Shown: positions 59,001-62,497 of the stretch, one piece after another
How the letters are laid out: each line of letters starts with the position of its first letter
Position numbering within the stretch: the stretch's first letter is position 1
DNA from: Priapulus caudatus
Taxonomy: Eukaryota
Direction of reading: 5' to 3'
Assembly: GCF_000485595.1 (NCBI RefSeq)
Contig: NW_014577074.1
Coordinates: 863,902 to 926,398, forward strand
DNA: 62,497 nt
Position numbers and translations under genes: made by a program
Notes under the pieces: generated by a model
The model's database searches: none
What the model saw: only the letters and a program-made list of their open reading frames with translations
Told to the model about the DNA's origin: nothing

Positions 59001-60248
59001 TTTTTGTAACAGGTTATATTAGTTTAATACAGAGTATTGCGATACATTGTAAGTTCCGAATAGCGGAGAAAGGTTCGTGTTTAGAATAAACCCAGTTTGG
59101 AAGTTCTAGTATCTGAAAACGCACCAGCAGAACCGGCCCGAGTGATTCACTCGGCATTCCTCCGCAGAAAAGGATAGGGACACTTTGTAACCTTATCCTC
59201 TTGGGTTTTGGGTTACATTATTGTATCTATAGTAATACTAATCAATGGCTGTTGCTCCTGCGACGGTACCGTCGCCGAATTTTTTTTCTCTCAAACTCAA
59301 CGGTATGTGATGCCAGCGCCATCTATCGGCGATAATAACTACCGTTGGCTTTTGGTACGATATTATATATACGATTTTATACGATATATACGATAACCCT
59401 AACCCTAACCCTAACCCTAACCCTAACCCTAACCCTAACCCTAACCTAACCCTAACCCTAACTCTATTAAATTAATAAAATTTAATTTTTAATTGTTGTA
59501 AAATTAATTGTTGTTATTAAATGTTGTAAATAAATAATGTTAATATTTGCGTTAATTGGAAAAAAAATGTTAAACCAGATAAAGATAGAAAAATACAGAA
59601 ACAGGAAAATAATTAAAAAACGGATGGGATTCGATCCTGCGACCATTCATACTTGGCGCCAGCGTGCTAACCATTACACTGCTGCGACACATTGAAATTA
59701 AAATTTTGGATGTGCTATGTATATCGCGAGAAAACAAGCTCAACCAATCAGGCGTCAGTACCGTCAGTACCGTGACTTTAAGAGAAAAAAAATCGGCGAC
59801 GGTACCGTTGCAGGAGCAACAGCCAAATTAAAAACTGCCGGGCATTTAGGAAATCGAAGACCGTGCCCGGCATCCGTCAGATATATGCCGGCTGCCGGGC
59901 ATATAGCCACTCTGTACTATACACTCTATGCTATAGTAATACTTAATAGTATAAATTTAACTATAAGTATAATTTATAAATTATAAATTATAATATTAAT
60001 ACTAATACTAATACTAATACTAATAGTAATAGTAATAGGCCTAGTAATACTCGTTTCTTACGTGACTCCTCTTGCCAAATGCTAACGTTCCACTTTGTAG
60101 TAAATTGAAAATGTGTATAAATAAATCCATTGTTGAGTGGTTTAATAAATAATTCCTCAACATAGTTATCTTTGTCACAAACGGAAATTGCAAAAAAGCA
60201 ACAAGTAATGACAACATACAATAACTTGACTACACGGCGGGCTGCCAT
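47015..60248 (-). CDS. PIGT: GPI transamidase subunit PIG-T (Gpi16), 11 exons, ~590 aa
   Basis: Exons 60248-60062, 53151-52974, 52723-52486, 50517-50431, 50224-50134, 50036-49942, 49721-49520, 49320-49165, 48885-48639, 47595-47434, 47144-47015. Total 1773 nt, in frame. Motifs [52 protein letters not shown]. Confidence 0.96.
47660..48580 (-). mobile_element. Second copy of the same HINE-like family, PIG-T intron 9
   Basis: Reverse-complement match to 15224-16168 at both ends and in the internal duplicated unit. Confidence 0.75.
47758..47993. mobile_element. GGCC-terminal MITE (PIF/Harbinger-like) nested in the HINE copy
   Basis: TIRs ggccgccgcacaccagccgatttttacaaacgatgaagcgatg and its reverse complement, (gatgaagc)n inside, a third terminal copy at 47928. 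Flanks TTAA/TTTA give no clean TSD. Confidence 0.6.
50805..50829. other. Assembly gap (25 N)
   Basis: N run in PIG-T intron 3. The flanking exons join in phase. Confidence 0.99.
51495..51850 (-). mobile_element. Different HINE-like family, partial
   Basis: Minus strand reads ttagctcatctgacatagtcagatg, GTCC repeats, and gaggtcaaaggtcaa motifs; agccgtttagatttgtgcc is duplicated. Confidence 0.55.
53731..54443. mobile_element. Foldback element family 'A' (TAGATAC...GTATCTA), ~320-bp arms
   Basis: Near-perfect long inverted repeat with a ~70-bp spacer. Flanks gtaatagta / gtagtagta (9 bp, 1 mismatch). Confidence 0.8.
55410..57542 (+). mobile_element. Family 'C' element interrupted by a hAT insertion
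   Basis: Colinear with 61386-62151 apart from the 56041-57392 insert. Confidence 0.8.
56041..57392. mobile_element. 1352-bp non-autonomous hAT-like element, 8-bp TSD
   Basis: AGGTGGAC|caggggaaaaaaat...aatttttcactg|AGGTGGAC. Subterminal gccccgaaa repeats and an internal (GCGT)-type array. Empty site AGGTAGAC at 62009-62016. Confidence 0.85.
57553..58237. mobile_element. Foldback element family 'D' (TAGACCG...CGGTCTA)
   Basis: ~320-bp inverted arms with a ~45-bp spacer. A second copy starts at 62162 and runs off the window end. Confidence 0.8.
58574..59229. mobile_element. Second, diverged copy of foldback family 'A'
   Basis: Same termini and arm motifs, different central spacer. No TSD visible. 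Confidence 0.8.
59247..59824. mobile_element. TIR element carrying (TAACCC)n and a tRNA-derived segment
   Basis: ~45-bp TIRs ggctgttgctcctgcgacggtaccgtcgccga... About 11 telomeric hexamers at 59394-59462. Minus-strand A-box/B-box-like sequence at 59621-59682. Confidence 0.75.
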
Positions 60249-61385
60249 TTTGACGCACTCTGCAACTCACAGCGTGAGACGTTTTATGCTATTCACATGA
60301 ATTATAAATTTTCTAGGAAAGACACCTAGGGCAGTAATGTATATACTACTATCATCAAAAATATATGTAGTCTAGAATAATTATAGATAGCTAATTATAG
60401 AACACGTAAATCATAAAAACGAGATATAAACAGCTGATCAGTGACATCATACCGCCATCTATCGGGTACAATGAATAATTTATACACCTTTACTTCGGTT
60501 GTATTTCGGTAGGGGCCTACATGGGTTGATGGTTCCTAATACCATAGCCTAATACTCCCTGGCCCGCGTTGTCTCAACTTGTTGATATGGTATTTATTCC
60601 TTACTCTTATGATTTATTTGTAGATTGCATTTCGGTGTGCCCGGTGGGTTATTTAATTAGGTGAAGTTCCGCAGTGACGACATGCGACGAGTGACAGTCA
60701 ATCAGTCTGCGGAAACTGGAAAAGGTGTCTGGAAAAACTGTTTATAATCTATGGTATAACTATAAGATAAGCATAATATGATAATAAGGTCACGTGTAGG
60801 TCTCACTTCAACTTGGGTAGAGACGCCAGATTATAAACGTTTCTACGTCTAGCCTCTAGGCACAATATATAGGTCTACCTAAAGTACGTGCTGTTGTGCT
60901 TAGGCTACATGACTATTAGTATTACTGTATTGGTTAAAATTTATTATTAATATAGGATTATTAATATAGTGTAGGATCATGTCTATTGTGCACTATTACT
61001 GAGTGTTTTTATCTTTACAGATTGCCTAATCCATATCATGGTTTTGGATTATCTTATCAAACGCCTAACACCTAGCTGTGATTGTAAGCTTGCTCAGTGC
61101 CTGTCTATGCTAAAGTGCCATGCTAACGGTGCAAACAATTTTAGTCTTTACAGGCAGGGAGAAGAATATTACGTGAAATAAACAGCATCAACCACAGATT
61201 TATTAAAGGGTGAGTGACGCTGATAGGGTCTATAATGTCTCCCTGGATATATACTGCCGTAAACATATAGCCACAGCGTATATTATACAGAGTGGCTATA
61301 TTCCCGGCAGCCGGCATATATCTGACGGCTGCCGGGCACGGTCTTCGATTTCCTAAATTCCCAGCAGTTCCTAACCTAGTAACCC

Positions 61386-62151
61386 TAGCCCCGACCAGGC
61401 TGTGCGACGGATTGTCTATACAGCCTGACACCCTTTCATACAAAAAAGCTATCACCTCTGCAGATCTAGATGAATAACTGTGTATATCTCAAATAAAACT
61501 ATTCTATTACCATCTTTGACTTGCCTTGTTTGAAATATGAACGTTAACTCACAGTTGTCCTGCTTCTAAACTAGAATGTATCTCTTAATTCACGGTATAA
61601 TCTGCTAATTCTCACAGCATATCAACTTTCCAATCAGCTTTACCCGCCATGTTTAGCGAGGCACGGAAAACCCGAAACGGAAGACTTGCTAGAAAATACT
61701 ACAGAAATAGTACAATAGCTGCACGATGACTCTCACGGCAATTACACACTAAAGCAAGTGAAACGATGTTCATGAATGTCTGGGCCATTTGTAAAAACCT
61801 TAGATGACATGTTCTCGGATGTAGGGGTGGTTTACATGAGGACCGCTGATCGTTTAATTTCCTTTGTTCGATCCATTACGGATTTTAGTCACAGTCGGAA
61901 TGATAGCAAACATGGCGGCGAATTCATAAATTTGGTTGTATTCGTCTCAAAAAGTCGCTGTAACCCCGTAAGTACCCAGCGCATCGTAGCGCACTGATGG
62001 TTACAAGAAGGTAGACGTATACTGATTCATTTGGTATATCACATGTGTAGTGTTCTTTGGCGATACTTGGCAAATAAGGAAACTACGTGTTTAGCTGCAG
62101 CCAAGGTTTGAAACGGTATTCTAACCCTAACAATACCGTTTCTTGGAGCTA
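61386..62151 (+). mobile_element. Uninterrupted family 'C' element (766 bp), 10-bp TSD
   Basis: CTAGTAACCC|tagccccgaccaggct...ccgtttcttggagcta|CTAGTAACCC. Confidence 0.8.
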
Positions 62152-62497
62152 CTAGTAACCCTAGACCGAATAATTCTGTCCCATATAACCTTTTTTATAT
62201 TTTGGTGAGGGTTATATTGGGACAGAACGGGGTTCATTGAAATTTCGTGAGATCGCATGCAAAATGCATGCGCTGCGAATGCGGCCCGTACGCTGCTATT
62301 GACGTGAAAAAAACCCTACCGTTTCCTTCTACATGGCTTTACCTTGCTACTGATATGTGTATACATTCACTTCAATCTTTATTCACTTCTTAAAAGATTG
62401 TTTTTCAGAAACACCGCTTCGTTCCACTTTCCTAAATCATTCGCCATTTACAAACAATCAGACCAATCAGAGCGAGTCTTACAATAGCCTGGTTCTC

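Larger units (their letters stand above)
54960..59915. mobile_element. Cluster of ~180-bp palindromic MITE units (family 'B') with TTAGGG-like spacers, hosting nested inserts
   Basis: gtggctatatkcccggcagccggc...gatttcctaaatgcccggcag arms at ~54965, 55122, 55312, 58290-58570 and 59830-59913, and again at 61264-61375. Tandem units are joined by tatattata. Confidence 0.75.

Noticed and set aside
59394..59462. Chromosome end or fusion site
   Set aside because: Short tract inside a TIR element within an intron of an intact gene.
59621..59682. Functional tRNA gene
   Set aside because: No convincing acceptor or anticodon stems by eye, and it lies inside a TIR element; treated as tRNA-derived.

Overview
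Intron-rich animal (invertebrate, probably lophotrochozoan; inference only) genomic DNA. Five protein genes can be rebuilt exon by exon with consistent splice phases: plastin/fimbrin (+, first exon not found), Smoothened (-), an unnamed secreted single-VWA-domain protein (+), CTDP1/FCP1 phosphatase (-) and PIG-T (-). Introns and intergenic DNA are full of microsatellites and non-autonomous DNA elements, plus one decayed LINE fragment; no intact transposase was found. Three things stand out. (1) A CAGGAG-terminal element with 7-bp target duplications is present as one 493-bp copy and a series of 10-54-bp remnants, mostly about 17+17 bp, that look like P-superfamily excision scars. (2) PIG-T intron 1 holds a nested stack of TAG...CTA elements (9-10-bp TSDs), telomere-repeat-carrying foldback MITEs and a hAT insert whose empty site is also in the window. 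(3) The VWA gene is missed as a unit by the ORF track. No CRISPR array, rRNA or functional tRNA is supported, and no clearly new multi-gene system is demonstrated.
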